DNA from: Selaginella moellendorffii
Taxonomy: Eukaryota; Plantae; Lycopodiophyta
Direction: 5' to 3'
DNA: 64,000 bases
Assembly (NCBI RefSeq): GCF_000143415.4
Contig: NW_003314265.1
Coordinates: forward strand, 3,530,443-3,594,442
In this document: positions 1-10,683 of the stretch, in pieces
Layout: every line of letters starts with the position of its first letter
Numbering within the stretch: position 1 is the first letter of the stretch
Position numbers and translations under genes: made by a program
Notes under the pieces: generated by a model
The model's database searches: none
What the model was told of the DNA's origin: nothing
Seen by the model: the letters and a program-made list of their open reading frames with translations, nothing else

Positions 1-73
1 GGAGCTAAAGAGCTCCCTTCTCTCTCTCTCGTTATTTCTAGGTTTTTGTGGCGCCCGCGCGGAGCGATCGACC

Positions 74-1961
74 ATGTCGCGTCTCACGGATCTCGTCGAT
101 CTTGACATCTCGTGCAGCAAGAAGGTGATCGCGGAGTACATATGGTGCGTCGCTCGGACAATGCCAGCTCCCCGTGCTCTCGTTCGTGCTGAGATTCTTG
201 GATTTTGTTGGCAGGATCGGCGGATCGGGGATGGATCTCCGGAGCAAAGCCAGGGTGAGCGGCCGGCAGCCGGCATTGGTGGATCTTCTTGTTGTGTGAG
301 CTTGCTCACTGTGTTTCTTCTCCTCCAGACCTTGGATGTCCCAAAGGTGGAAGATCTAAAGCAGATCCCAAAGTGGAATTTCGATGGCTCCAGCACGGGC
401 CAGGCTCCTGGGGAGGACAGTGAAGTCATTCTCTAGTACGTTTTGCTCTTTTGCTCTCGAGGATAACTTCTAAAACTCTGCTTGTCTCCAGTCCCCAGGC
501 GAAATTCAATGATCCATTCCGGAGAGGCAACAACATCCTCGTGAGTTTTCTCTTTGCTCTTGTCTTTCTCCTTTGCTTTCGTCTGACATTATATCCACTG
601 GTTCCTTGGTCAGGTGATCTGCGATGCCTACACACCAACCGGCGAGCCAATCCCTTCGAACAAGAGGGCTGCTGCTGCGAAGATCTTCAGCCACCCGGAC
701 GTTGCAAAAGAGGAGACATGGTAAAGTTTTCTCTTCCAGCTGAAAGGCCTGTTGTGATTTCCACTTCGTTTCCATTTTGAAGGTACGGGATTGAGCAAGA
801 ATACACGCTCCTTCAGAAGGATGTGAAGTGGCCTTTGGGCTGGCCGATTAACGGATATCCAGGAGCTCAGGTGCGACCACAATCAATCCATTTCCTCCTC
901 CTTTGCCTCAACTGATATTTTGTTTCTTCAGGGACCATACTATTGTGGAACTGGTGCAGACAAAGCCTGGGGCAGAGACATTGTGAACGCTCACTACAAG
1001 GCTTGCCTATACGCAGGAGTCAAGATCAGCGGCATCAACGGGGAAGTCATGCCGGGTCAAGTAAGAGCTTCGGAAGAGCATTCGTTTTTTTCTCGTTCAA
1101 GCTCTTATCGCTCGTTTTGTTGTGTTGGCCAGTGGGAGTTTCAGGTTGGCCCCGTCGAGGGGATCTCGGCCGGCGATCAACTCTGGGCCGCACGATACAT
1201 CCTCGAGGTGAAACTTACAATCCTGTGGAGATCGTTAACAAACGCTGGCTTTGTTTTTTCAGAGGATCACCGAGATTGCAGGGGTGGTCCTCTCATTTGA
1301 CCCCAAGCCAATCGAAGGAGATTGGAATGGCGCGGGTGCCCACACGAACTACAGGTATGCATCGTTGTTTGTTATTCTTTGTCTCGACGCTTGACTTTCG
1401 ATGAACAGCACCAAGTCGATGCGCGAAGAGGGAGGCTACGAGGTCATAAAGAGTGCCATCGAGAAGCTTGGACTGAGGCACAAGGAGCACATCTCGGCCT
1501 ACGGCGAAGGCAACGAGAGAAGACTCACTGGCAGGCACGAGACAGCGACCATTCACTCCTTCTCCTGGGTACGAAAGTTCTCTTTTTTTTTTCGTTCCAT
1601 TCAAAGCTCAAACTTTTACTCCAGGGCGTTGCGAATCGTGGCGCGTCTGTCCGCGTTGGTCGCGATACTGAGAAAGATGGGAAAGGTACGTATCACGCAG
1701 TAGGCATTTGCTAGACTTTCCGCATTGTTTTTTTTTTTTTTTCCAGTCAATATTCCATCTGCACGATCCAGGCTGAGATTGTTGACTGTGTGCTCCTTTT
1801 TCCTGGCACAGGATATTTCGAGGATAGGCGCCCAGCTTCCAACATGGATCCATACATCGTTACCTCGATGATCGCCGAGACCACAATCTTATACAAGCCC
1901 GGTAAGTTCTCCTTTGATTTTCCCCGTGTTTTCGGAGCTCACTCCTCTCGCTGCAGAGTAA
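74..1961 (+). CDS. GLN1: Glutamine synthetase, cytosolic GS1-type (multi-exon)
   Basis: Spliced exons give [11 protein letters not shown]...IAEYIW|[62 protein letters not shown], [19 protein letters not shown], [15 protein letters not shown]. Introns are GT-AG and there is no transit peptide. The last exon (1957-1961) supplies the final codon and TAA. Confidence 0.95.
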
Positions 1962-2189
1962 GAGACACTTTCAGCAGCTGCAATAAATTCTTTTTGTTTT
2001 TACTTCTCCAATCTCGCAAGGCAAGCTCCCATGTTATCGATTTGATTCCAAGGAAATAATCCTGGCAACGATTCATCGCGTGGACAATGCAAGCGAGTGA
2101 CTCCATTCATTGGTTTGAGATGAGACTCTTCTTTTGTTCCTTAGATATATGATCAATATAAACTTACACAAAGAACCCTATTCGGTCAG

Positions 2190-5028
2190 ATGGTCTTTAA
2201 GCGGCTCCTCCCGATAGAAAAGCGAGTAGAGCAGGCATGGCACGAGTTCTTCGCAGATCCTTCTCTTTGGTGGGACAATCGCGCTAAAAACGTAAGAATG
2301 CTACGAACTTTTGTGATCTTCCTCTTCTTTTTCTTAGACCTCGTCTGTACAGTGGCCCAAGTTTCCAGACTTCAAGCATTCCACCACCGGCGAGTGCTTG
2401 TGGCTCAACGCCAGGGAGTGCCCGGAATGGGTCCACAGCAAGCTCGCCTCGCTGAAAACTCTGGCCGCGGGACAATCTGGACGAGCACAATACAAAAAGA
2501 GAGAGATCGAAACCAACCATGGAAGCCCTTCTCTCCAGCTCGCACAACCAGTAAGTACACTCCCATGCTCCTCGCAGAAACGCGATGCATCTGGAGTGAC
2601 AGCAGCCAGCGTACTCGCTGCCCTCAAATCCTGCCGAAGCTCCACGCATTTATCCACGGGGAAGCAGCTTCACCGGCAGGCGGACGAGTGTGGCCTCGTC
2701 TCCAATCCTTTCATGGCGTGTAGCCTGATCGCCATGTATGGGAGGTGTGGCAGCATGCCGCTCGCGCAGCAGCTCTTTGACGGGATGCCGCAGCACGACG
2801 TTTTCACCTGGAACTCGTTGATCCTGGGATACGTCACGGCCGGGGACAGTGACGTTGCGTTACAGCTCTTTGACGCCATGGACTGCGAGCCGGACTCGCG
2901 GAGCTTTGTCTTCGCGCTCAAGGCCTGTGCCGGCTCGGCTGCTCGGGAAGGAAAGGATCCAGTTCTCGGCCAGCTTGTGAAGAAGCGGTGCTTGGAGAGG
3001 GGCATGGCTTTGCATGCCGCAGCGGCGAAGCGTGGCTTTGTCTCCGACTTGTACGTAGCGAGCACGATGGTGGACATGTACGCAAAGTGTGGGAGCATGG
3101 CGCAAGCTCGCAACGTTTTTGACGAGATGAAAGAGCGCAACGCAGTCTCGTGGACGGCTCTCATGCTCGGCTATGTCGAGAATGGCGAAGATCTTCTGGC
3201 TTTGGAGCTGTTTGAGAGGATGAAGGAGGACGGGAACTGTGTTGTGGATGCCAAAGTTTTGGTGGCGGCACTCATGGCGTGTGCGAAGCTTGCCGCTACT
3301 GGAAGTTCGAAGGAGATACTGGACAAAGGTCGAGAGCTTCATGCTCGAGCTCGAAAGAGCGGCTTGATCAACAGTTTTGTGGAGAGCACGCTCGTCAGCA
3401 TGTACTCCAAGTGCGGCAGCATGACCGAAGCTCGGGCTGTTTTCGACCAGATGGTGAGCCCGGACACAGTGACTGTCAACTCGCTCATGCTCGGCTACGT
3501 TGACAACGAAGAGAGCGAGTCCGCTCTAGAGCTTGTTCGGAGTTGTGTGATACCAGACTCTCGGACGCTGGTTGCTGGACTGGCTGCCTGCGCTCGCTGC
3601 GCCAAGAAGAATCCCGCTGACAAGCCAAAGTTCTTGAAGCTAGGACAAGATTTCCACTCGCAGGCTCTCCAGGACCCGGAAAGACTGCTCGACATTTACG
3701 TGCAAACCACCCTGGTCGACATGTACTCGAGCTGCGGCAGCACCTCAGAGGCTCGAGCAGTGTTTGATGGCATCGATCTCGGATCGCGCACGGTAGCAAC
3801 CTGGAATGCGATGCTCCTAGGATACGCTGAGAACGGCGAGAGTGCGTTGGCTCTTGACCTCTATCGCCAGATGACGGGATCAAGCTGCCAAGCAAACTCC
3901 ATCACGCTGGTGGCCGCGCTCATGGCCTGCGGCAACTTAATGGCGCTCGACGCCGGACGGGCGATCATCCTGGAGGATCAAGGTGGCGCGAAGCTGCTCC
4001 AAAAAGGCGGCGGCCATGATCCGTTCCTGGCAGCCACCAGCGTGATAAACTTCTACGCCAAGTGTGGAGACATAGAGGAAGCAGAGAGGGCGTTTAATGA
4101 GATGCCAGTCAAAGACACGGCTGCACGGAATGCGCTCCTGTCGGCCTACTCCCAGCAGGGAGACAGCTCCCGGGCTTGTGATGTTTTCGACAAGATGGTG
4201 GACGAGAATGTCGGGGTGGATAAAGTCACTCTTGTCTGTGTGCTGCGAGCTTGCAGCCGGGGCGGATTGGTTGCCAGGGGCAAGGCCTACTTCGATGCAA
4301 TGGCCAAGGTGTACGGTATAACCCCCACGCTGGAGCATTATGGTTGCATGGTGGATCTTCTCGGCCGGGCCGGTTCGATTGGGGAGGCCGTGGACATGGT
4401 CCGTGCGATGCCGTACGAGCCCGATGTGGCGGTGTGGACGGCCGTGTTGAGCGCCTGCCGCAAGTGGGGAAGTGTGGAGTTTGGGAAGGTTGCGTTTGAG
4501 GCCCTGGTGGGGCTGGACCCGACGAACTCGATCCCGTATGTGTTGATGGCCCAGATCTATCGGACTGTGGGGATGGAGGACAAGCAGGAGCAAGTCGAGA
4601 GGATGAGAAAGTTGGCGGGGGCTTGGAAAAAGGCTGGGGAGAGCTTTTGGGTCGACGGTGCTGATAAGACACATAGTTTTGTGGTTGGGGATGTTGTTTC
4701 TCATCCTCGAAGTGAAGATATCGTGGTGAAATTGAAGAGCTTGCATGCAAGGATAAAGAGCAAGCATAAAAAGCTTACGAAGGTTGAGGAAGACGATGAC
4801 GATGCGGAAGCTCATAGTGAAAGATTGGCTGTTGTTTTTGCCTTGACCAGCACAAGCAAAACTGCTACCGTCAGAATCGTAAACAATATGAGAATGTGTG
4901 AGGGCTGCCACAGGGTCTGTAAGGCCTTTGCAAAATTGGAAGGGAGAAGGATAATTGTGAGAGACACAAGTGTTATTCATGTATTTGACGGTAGAAAAGA
5001 AGAATGCTCATGTGGTGATTCTTGGTAG
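2190..5028 (+). CDS. PLS-class PPR protein with E/DYW-type domain (ends DSW) and an N-terminal OSB-type PDF motif
   Basis: ORF 2398-5028 contains P-L-S repeats, HSERLA...CEGCH and CSCGDSW. Upstream exon 2190-2291 splices in frame (GTAAG at 2292, AG at 2352 or 2337) to give WHEFFADPSLWWDNRAKN-WPKFPDFKHSTTGECLWL. Confidence 0.85.
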
Positions 5029-5845
5029 TTCAATTAAACTATTACTTTTCAACTAGACAATATTGACTTTTGTTTGTTACTTTGTGCCTTTGTTATAAGT
5101 TATCTTCTTTTTACATTTTCCTGAATAGTGTTATATTTTCAGTACATATGCTAAACAACATATAAAAAATTGACTTGGGAAGACTGAAAATTATGACTGA
5201 GTTGAAAAAGCTCATCTTCTGTTTCCTTTTATCTCTTATGTCCACCATTACTCTGTGAGTTGTGGCTTCCTACAGCTTCCTCCTACAGTAGAACCTAACA
5301 GTCAATCGTAGTGGATATGAGCTCATGGGATTTGTCTAGATTTTCCAAGTCAAGCAGGCTGGAGTGAATCGTAGTATGGGACCAGCCAACTTGGATCAAG
5401 CGGTCACAGTTCAGCAGCGATCCTCGATGAGCTTCAAACATCTACGTGACACCAACCGGTCCTCCACCATACATTTTAATCTTTTAGGCACTACATCAAG
5501 ATGACACCATCATCTACGGCTTGAAAGCACTAATACGCTCGAAAGATTGAATGATTCGTAACGAGGATAAGTTTCTTCCAGTTTTGATGTTCCTTTGGAA
5601 GTGCAGCGCATGTTGTTTTCTAGATTCTCGTTGACTTGGTTTTCTTTGAACATCGGTCGGTCCAGTCCAACTGGTGAAGTCATGGTCCGAATCAAAAGAA
5701 GTTCCAAGGCCACATTCTATATTCCTGAGCGTTCATCTTTGATGATAGCTTGTGGATTTTCCTGGTGTTTTATCGACGACTGCACTCTGGATGAATGGAT
5801 TACTAGAACATGAAAGAATAAGTCGGTTTGAATAAAGTATCGGCC

Positions 5846-8002
5846 ATGTCTCTCGCGGATTTGCTGCTGGGTTTGTTTCTACTCGTCTTTCTCGCAACAT
5901 CTCGGTCACAGTGCCCCACGAATCCATCCGGGATCGTCAACGACACACAGGCTCTGCTCTCTCTCGGTGACAGGCTTGGGATCAAAGTGTGGAAGGAGAC
6001 CGCCAATCCAGGAGCATGGCGGGGTGTGGAGTGGAGCTCGGACAACCGAGTAGAGGCCCTCACCCTGTCCAGGTTTAATCTCTTGGGAGTTCTTCCTTCC
6101 ATCTGGGACGAGCTTCCGTCGCTGGCTCGCTTGGACCTCTCGCAAAACAACATCTTCTCGCTGGAGGTGGCTGGTTGCAAGAACACGCGGCTCAAGCTCC
6201 TCAACTTGAGCTCCAATTCTCTGCGAGAGGTCCCAGCAAACCTCTCCAGCCTCGAGAGCATGGAAAGCTTGGACCTCAGTGGGAACTTCTTGGGAGTGGC
6301 TAGAGTTCCAAAGCTTAGCTCCACGCTGCGATCGCTCAACCTGTCCATCAACAACTTGACTGGGAGCGTCTCCATCGGTGGTAACCTGGGACTGGAGGCA
6401 CTGGAGCTCTCGCATAACAGACTCAGCGGCTCCATTCCAGAGACTTTCGGGGAGATGACGAACTTGATGCGCCTGGACATATCGTATAACAAGTTTAGCG
6501 GAGATCTACCCGATATCTGGAGCAAGAACTTGGAGCTCAGGTACTTGGATATCTCCAGCAATTCGCTCCAGGGTGGTTTGCCACCGAGCTTGCGAAGGCT
6601 ACGCAAGCTCTCGGTTTTAAGCGCTGGAAACAACTTTCTCTCCGGGCCACTGGAGCTGGAAGATGGCGACTTTGCGAGCATCGAGACTTTGCACCTCTTG
6701 CGAAACTTGTTTAACGGGACGGTACCAGCGAGGGTGGGAAGCTTGACGAACTTGAGGCTGCTGGTTCTCACGAGGAATCGTTTCAGTGGCTCTATACCTC
6801 TGGAGCTTGGAAACTGCTCAAACATCAGAGAGATATGGCTCAACAGCAATGACTTGACTGGAACCATCCCAGGCGAGCTCTCGCAGCTCTCGCATCTCCA
6901 GCAGCTAGTTCTCAACGGCAACGACATCGGCGGGGAGCTCCCTTCCGGACTCTCCAACTGCACGGAGCTCATCGCTCTCTGGCTGGAGCAGAACAAGTTC
7001 TCTGGAAATCTCCCTGACACCTTCGGAAATTTGAGCCGCCTGCTCTTTCTGTCGCTTTCCAGCAACAATCTTATCGGTTCAATCCCAGCCTCCTACGGTA
7101 AGATGACCTCGCTGATCGGCCTCGACGTTGGATCGAACGACCTCTCTGGAGAAGTCCCGGCCATGCTCCAAAATGTCTCGACATTGCAGTTCCTCTTCCT
7201 CTCAAGCAACAGATTCAGCGGCTCCATCCCGGATTGGCTTCTCCGGCTCAGGAACTTACGAGCCATGGACTTCTCGCTTAACAGGTTCTCAGGCGAGATA
7301 CCGGCAAGCATCGGCCGACTGTTTGCCAACGTCCAGCTCTACAACATGAGCACCACCACCCCGCTGGTTCGCGCACAAAGCCTCATCTACGCTGGCTTCG
7401 CCTTCCCGACAACCATGGACTTCTCCTCCAACCAGCTGAGTGGAAGCATTCCCGCGGCCATCGGCGACCTCTACAATCTCCAGGTGCTGGACCTGAGCCA
7501 CAACCGGCTAACCGGTCCCATTCCCGAGCCCCTGGGAAACGCAAAGAACCTCTCCAGGGTGACGCTCGCGAGCAATCGTCTCAAAGGCTCCATACCATCG
7601 TCCGTGGCGGACCTCTCGTTTCTCACCGTCTTCGACGTCTCCAACAACAGCCTGGTGGGACGGATACCTGACAGCCCGCAACTCTCGTCCATGGACGCGG
7701 CTCTCTTCGCTGGAAACCAGCTCTGTGGCTTGCCACTGATCAACACCTGTTCGAGCACTGCTACGCCGCCGCATAGGCCCAGAAGAGACGAACAAGGTGG
7801 TAGGGAACATGATCAAGGAGGCGTGACAACACTTGTCAGCGTCGCCATCTTCGTGGCAGCCTTCTTCTACGCGTTCTTCTGGACTTTCCTGTGTACTTTG
7901 CGGCAACCCACAAAGCTGGTTCCCAGCTCTGTGGGTGCTGGCAATCGAATTTCTAGCTCGTCCACCATGTTGCTGCCGTCCTTTCTACCTTCCAGTTCGT
8001 GA
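5846..8002 (+). CDS. LRR receptor-like protein (signal peptide, many plant eLRRs, island domain, TM, short tail, no kinase)
   Basis: Intronless ORF with LxxLxLSxNxLxGxIP repeats, N-terminal hydrophobic signal, FAGNQLCG C-cap and TM segment VAIFVAAFFYAFFWTFLC. Confidence 0.92.
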   Translation: MSLADLLLGLFLLVFLATSRSQCPTNPSGIVNDTQALLSLGDRLGIKVWKETANPGAWRGVEWSSDNRVEALTLSRFNLLGVLPSIWDELPSLARLDLSQNNIFSLEVAGCKNTRLKLLNLSSNSLREVPANLSSLESMESLDLSGNFLGVARVPKLSSTLRSLNLSINNLTGSVSIGGNLGLEALELSHNRLSGSIPETFGEMTNLMRLDISYNKFSGDLPDIWSKNLELRYLDISSNSLQGGLPPSLRRLRKLSVLSAGNNFLSGPLELEDGDFASIETLHLLRNLFNGTVPARVGSLTNLRLLVLTRNRFSGSIPLELGNCSNIREIWLNSNDLTGTIPGELSQLSHLQQLVLNGNDIGGELPSGLSNCTELIALWLEQNKFSGNLPDTFGNLSRLLFLSLSSNNLIGSIPASYGKMTSLIGLDVGSNDLSGEVPAMLQNVSTLQFLFLSSNRFSGSIPDWLLRLRNLRAMDFSLNRFSGEIPASIGRLFANVQLYNMSTTTPLVRAQSLIYAGFAFPTTMDFSSNQLSGSIPAAIGDLYNLQVLDLSHNRLTGPIPEPLGNAKNLSRVTLASNRLKGSIPSSVADLSFLTVFDVSNNSLVGRIPDSPQLSSMDAALFAGNQLCGLPLINTCSSTATPPHRPRRDEQGGREHDQGGVTTLVSVAIFVAAFFYAFFWTFLCTLRQPTKLVPSSVGAGNRISSSSTMLLPSFLPSSS

Positions 8003-8038
8003 TCCATCACCATCGAGCGTGTGACCGCTTGATGAAGA

Positions 8039-10579
8039 TCAATCTGCTCGTAGATGAATCCTTAAACTCTTCCTATCCGCTTTCAAGGCCGCCTCCTGTA
8101 TAGTCTTGAGCTTATCATGATCCTCCCACAGCCCCGCGCTCCGGTAGATGCTCGCCATCAGAACGTACGCAGCCGAGTCTCTCTCGTCGATCTTCGTCAG
8201 TGCCTCGAACGCAATCCTCCCCACTTCCACGTTCTTCCACTTACGGGAGGCCCCGAGGACGCTCCTCCAAACCACAGCGTCCGCTCTCAAAGGCATGCTC
8301 TCGAGGACTTTCACGGCCTCTTCCAGTCGGTTTGCACGCCCGAAGAGATCCACCAAGCTGCTGTAGTGATGAATCCCGCAAACAATGCCAGAGTCCGGGT
8401 CCATTGCCTGGAAAAACTCCCTGCCTCGTTCAACCAGGCCGCCGTGGCTGCAAGCAGTGATGACCGAGACAAACGTGATCGCGTTTGCTCGCACGCCATC
8501 TTCTCGCATCTCGCGAAAGGCTTTGAACACGCGCGACGTGTCACCCTGTTGGCCGAATCCTGTGATCATTGCATTCCAGGCGACGATATCTCGGACTGCC
8601 AGAGATCCAAACAAGTGCTCGGCCGCACTCATAACTCCGCACTTCCCGTAGAAGTTTACCATGCACGTCCCCACAACTTGGTCGTTTTCCAGCCCACGCC
8701 TGTAAAGCTCAGCCTGGATTTTCCTTCCAGCTTCACTGGACCCAACGTTCCCACAGGCCGTAAGTCCCGCTACAAGAGTCCGAGAGTTTGGAGCACAGTC
8801 CATGCTCTCCAAGAGTTCCAGCCCGAGCTCGCTCTCACCGTTGTCTACATATCCCTGGATCAAGCTCGTCCAAACGACAACGTCCCGGCTAGGCATGCGT
8901 TTGAAAACTGCTCGAGCTTTCACCATATCTCCACACTTGGCATACATGTCCACCAAGCTGCTCCCGACAAATCTGTGCTCACAGCATCCAAACTTCGTGG
9001 CGAGAGAATGAATCTCCATCCCCTTTTCTAGGCTCTGGATTCGCAGTAGCTTTCCATCTTCTCGCGGAACAGGTTGTTCGGACGCTGAAAGATGGACGCA
9101 GGCCATGAGCGCAGCAATAAACGTTCTCTCGTCCGGATCGTTCTCCCGAGCCATGCCGAAGAACAGCTCCAAGGCCAGCTTGCTGTCTCCACTTCCAACA
9201 GATCCCTGGATCATTGCGTTCCACGAAACCACGTCTCGGCCAGCCATGCCATCGAAGACCTTGCGAGCTTCCTCTAGCTTCCCACACTTCGCGTACATAT
9301 CGATCAATGTGTTCCCCACGAACACGTCCTCACAGCACCTGTTGTTTGAGGCTTCACCCTGGATAGCCACCCCAGTTTCCAAGCTCTTTCTCTTCACGAG
9401 TTTCCCGTCGACATCCACCGCTTCTTCTCGCATTGCCGAGCTCGCACAGGCGGCAAGCGCAGCAACATACGTTCGAGAGTTTGGACAGCACCCGGATAGC
9501 TTCATATCTTCGAAGAACACGAGAGCCAGCTCGCTTTCCCCGTTGTCCACAAAGCCTTGCATCAAGCTCGTCCAGAGCACGACATCACGACGAGGCATGC
9601 TCTCGAAAACCATCCGCGCGTCGGCCATGCTCCCACACTTCGAGTACATGTCCACAAGGCTGCTCCCCACGAAAATATCTCCATAGCAGTGGCTTTCCAT
9701 AGCTCCAGCGTGAACAGCGAGCCCCTTCTCCAGGCTCCTCGTCTTCACCATCTTTCCATATTCTTGAGTGGCCTCCTCTTTCACTGCTAGATTCGCACAG
9801 GCCCTGGCCGCAGCAACGAAAGTCCGAGAGTTTGGCGAACAGTCCATCTTCCCAAAGAACTCGAGGGCGACCTCGCTTTCTCCATTCTCTACGTAGCCCA
9901 GTATCAAAGCGTTCCAGGAGACCACGTCTCGCCGTGGCATCTCATCGAAGACCGATCGAGCATCGAGCATGCTGCCGCACTTGGAGTACATATCGATCAG
10001 CGAGCTCGAGAGGAAAACGTCTTCGCTGCAAGACGGTCCCATCTGCTTGGCTTGAGAGTGGATGCCTCTGCCGGTCTCGAGACTAGCCTCCTTGACGAGC
10101 TTCCCATCGACCAAAACAGCGTCTTCCTTCGCCGCGAGGCTGCTACAAGCCTTGGACGCGGCCATGAAGCTCCTGGAGTTTGGCTTGCAGCCCGACCGCC
10201 TGGCTTGCATCCTCTCGAAGAGATCCAGAGCCACATCGCTCTCGCCATTGGAGACGTAGCCCAGCATCAAAACGTTCCAGGACATCACGTTTGGGTGAAG
10301 AATGCTGTCGAACACGCGGCGGGAATCCTCCATGCTGCCGCATTTCGCGTACATGTCCACCAGCGCATTGACGACATGGATCCCCAGCTGCCTGCTCTCC
10401 GCCGCCTGGGCGTGGATCGCCTTGCCCTTGCGCAGATCCCTTATGCTGCCACATACCTTCAGCGCCGACACCAGCGCGGCCGCCTGCTGATCGGGCGCCC
10501 GCGGCGGCGCTGCCGAAGCTGGTGCGGCGCATCGAATCGCTGCCGTCGCCAAGCCGCGGAACAAGCGAACTCTTCCCAT
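8039..10579 (-). CDS. PLS-class PPR protein with E domain, no DYW
   Basis: Intronless ORF with P-L-S triplets (LVDMYAKCG...A.xVF; VVSWNA.I.GY) and E-domain motifs (HYSSLVDLFGRA, VWRSVLGA, AYVLMASIY). MGRVRLFRGLAT resembles an organellar presequence. The start could be slightly further upstream. Confidence 0.9.
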   Translation of the reverse strand: MGRVRLFRGLATAAIRCAAPASAAPPRAPDQQAAALVSALKVCGSIRDLRKGKAIHAQAAESRQLGIHVVNALVDMYAKCGSMEDSRRVFDSILHPNVMSWNVLMLGYVSNGESDVALDLFERMQARRSGCKPNSRSFMAASKACSSLAAKEDAVLVDGKLVKEASLETGRGIHSQAKQMGPSCSEDVFLSSSLIDMYSKCGSMLDARSVFDEMPRRDVVSWNALILGYVENGESEVALEFFGKMDCSPNSRTFVAAARACANLAVKEEATQEYGKMVKTRSLEKGLAVHAGAMESHCYGDIFVGSSLVDMYSKCGSMADARMVFESMPRRDVVLWTSLMQGFVDNGESELALVFFEDMKLSGCCPNSRTYVAALAACASSAMREEAVDVDGKLVKRKSLETGVAIQGEASNNRCCEDVFVGNTLIDMYAKCGKLEEARKVFDGMAGRDVVSWNAMIQGSVGSGDSKLALELFFGMARENDPDERTFIAALMACVHLSASEQPVPREDGKLLRIQSLEKGMEIHSLATKFGCCEHRFVGSSLVDMYAKCGDMVKARAVFKRMPSRDVVVWTSLIQGYVDNGESELGLELLESMDCAPNSRTLVAGLTACGNVGSSEAGRKIQAELYRRGLENDQVVGTCMVNFYGKCGVMSAAEHLFGSLAVRDIVAWNAMITGFGQQGDTSRVFKAFREMREDGVRANAITFVSVITACSHGGLVERGREFFQAMDPDSGIVCGIHHYSSLVDLFGRANRLEEAVKVLESMPLRADAVVWRSVLGASRKWKNVEVGRIAFEALTKIDERDSAAYVLMASIYRSAGLWEDHDKLKTIQEAALKADRKSLRIHLRAD

Positions 10580-10683
10580 CCATCGCAAGAACCCTAGATA
10601 TTTGCTAACATCGAATGACCATGAAGAACAATATGGCCTCACTAAACACCAGCTAGTAAGTACAGGACTACTTTTATAAGAAG

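Noticed and set aside
5803-7068. Long antisense ORFs (421 aa here; also 3937-4980, 8117-9031, 20769-21611)
   Set aside because: Shadow ORFs opposite GC-rich LRR, PPR and GRX coding sequence, with no independent motifs.
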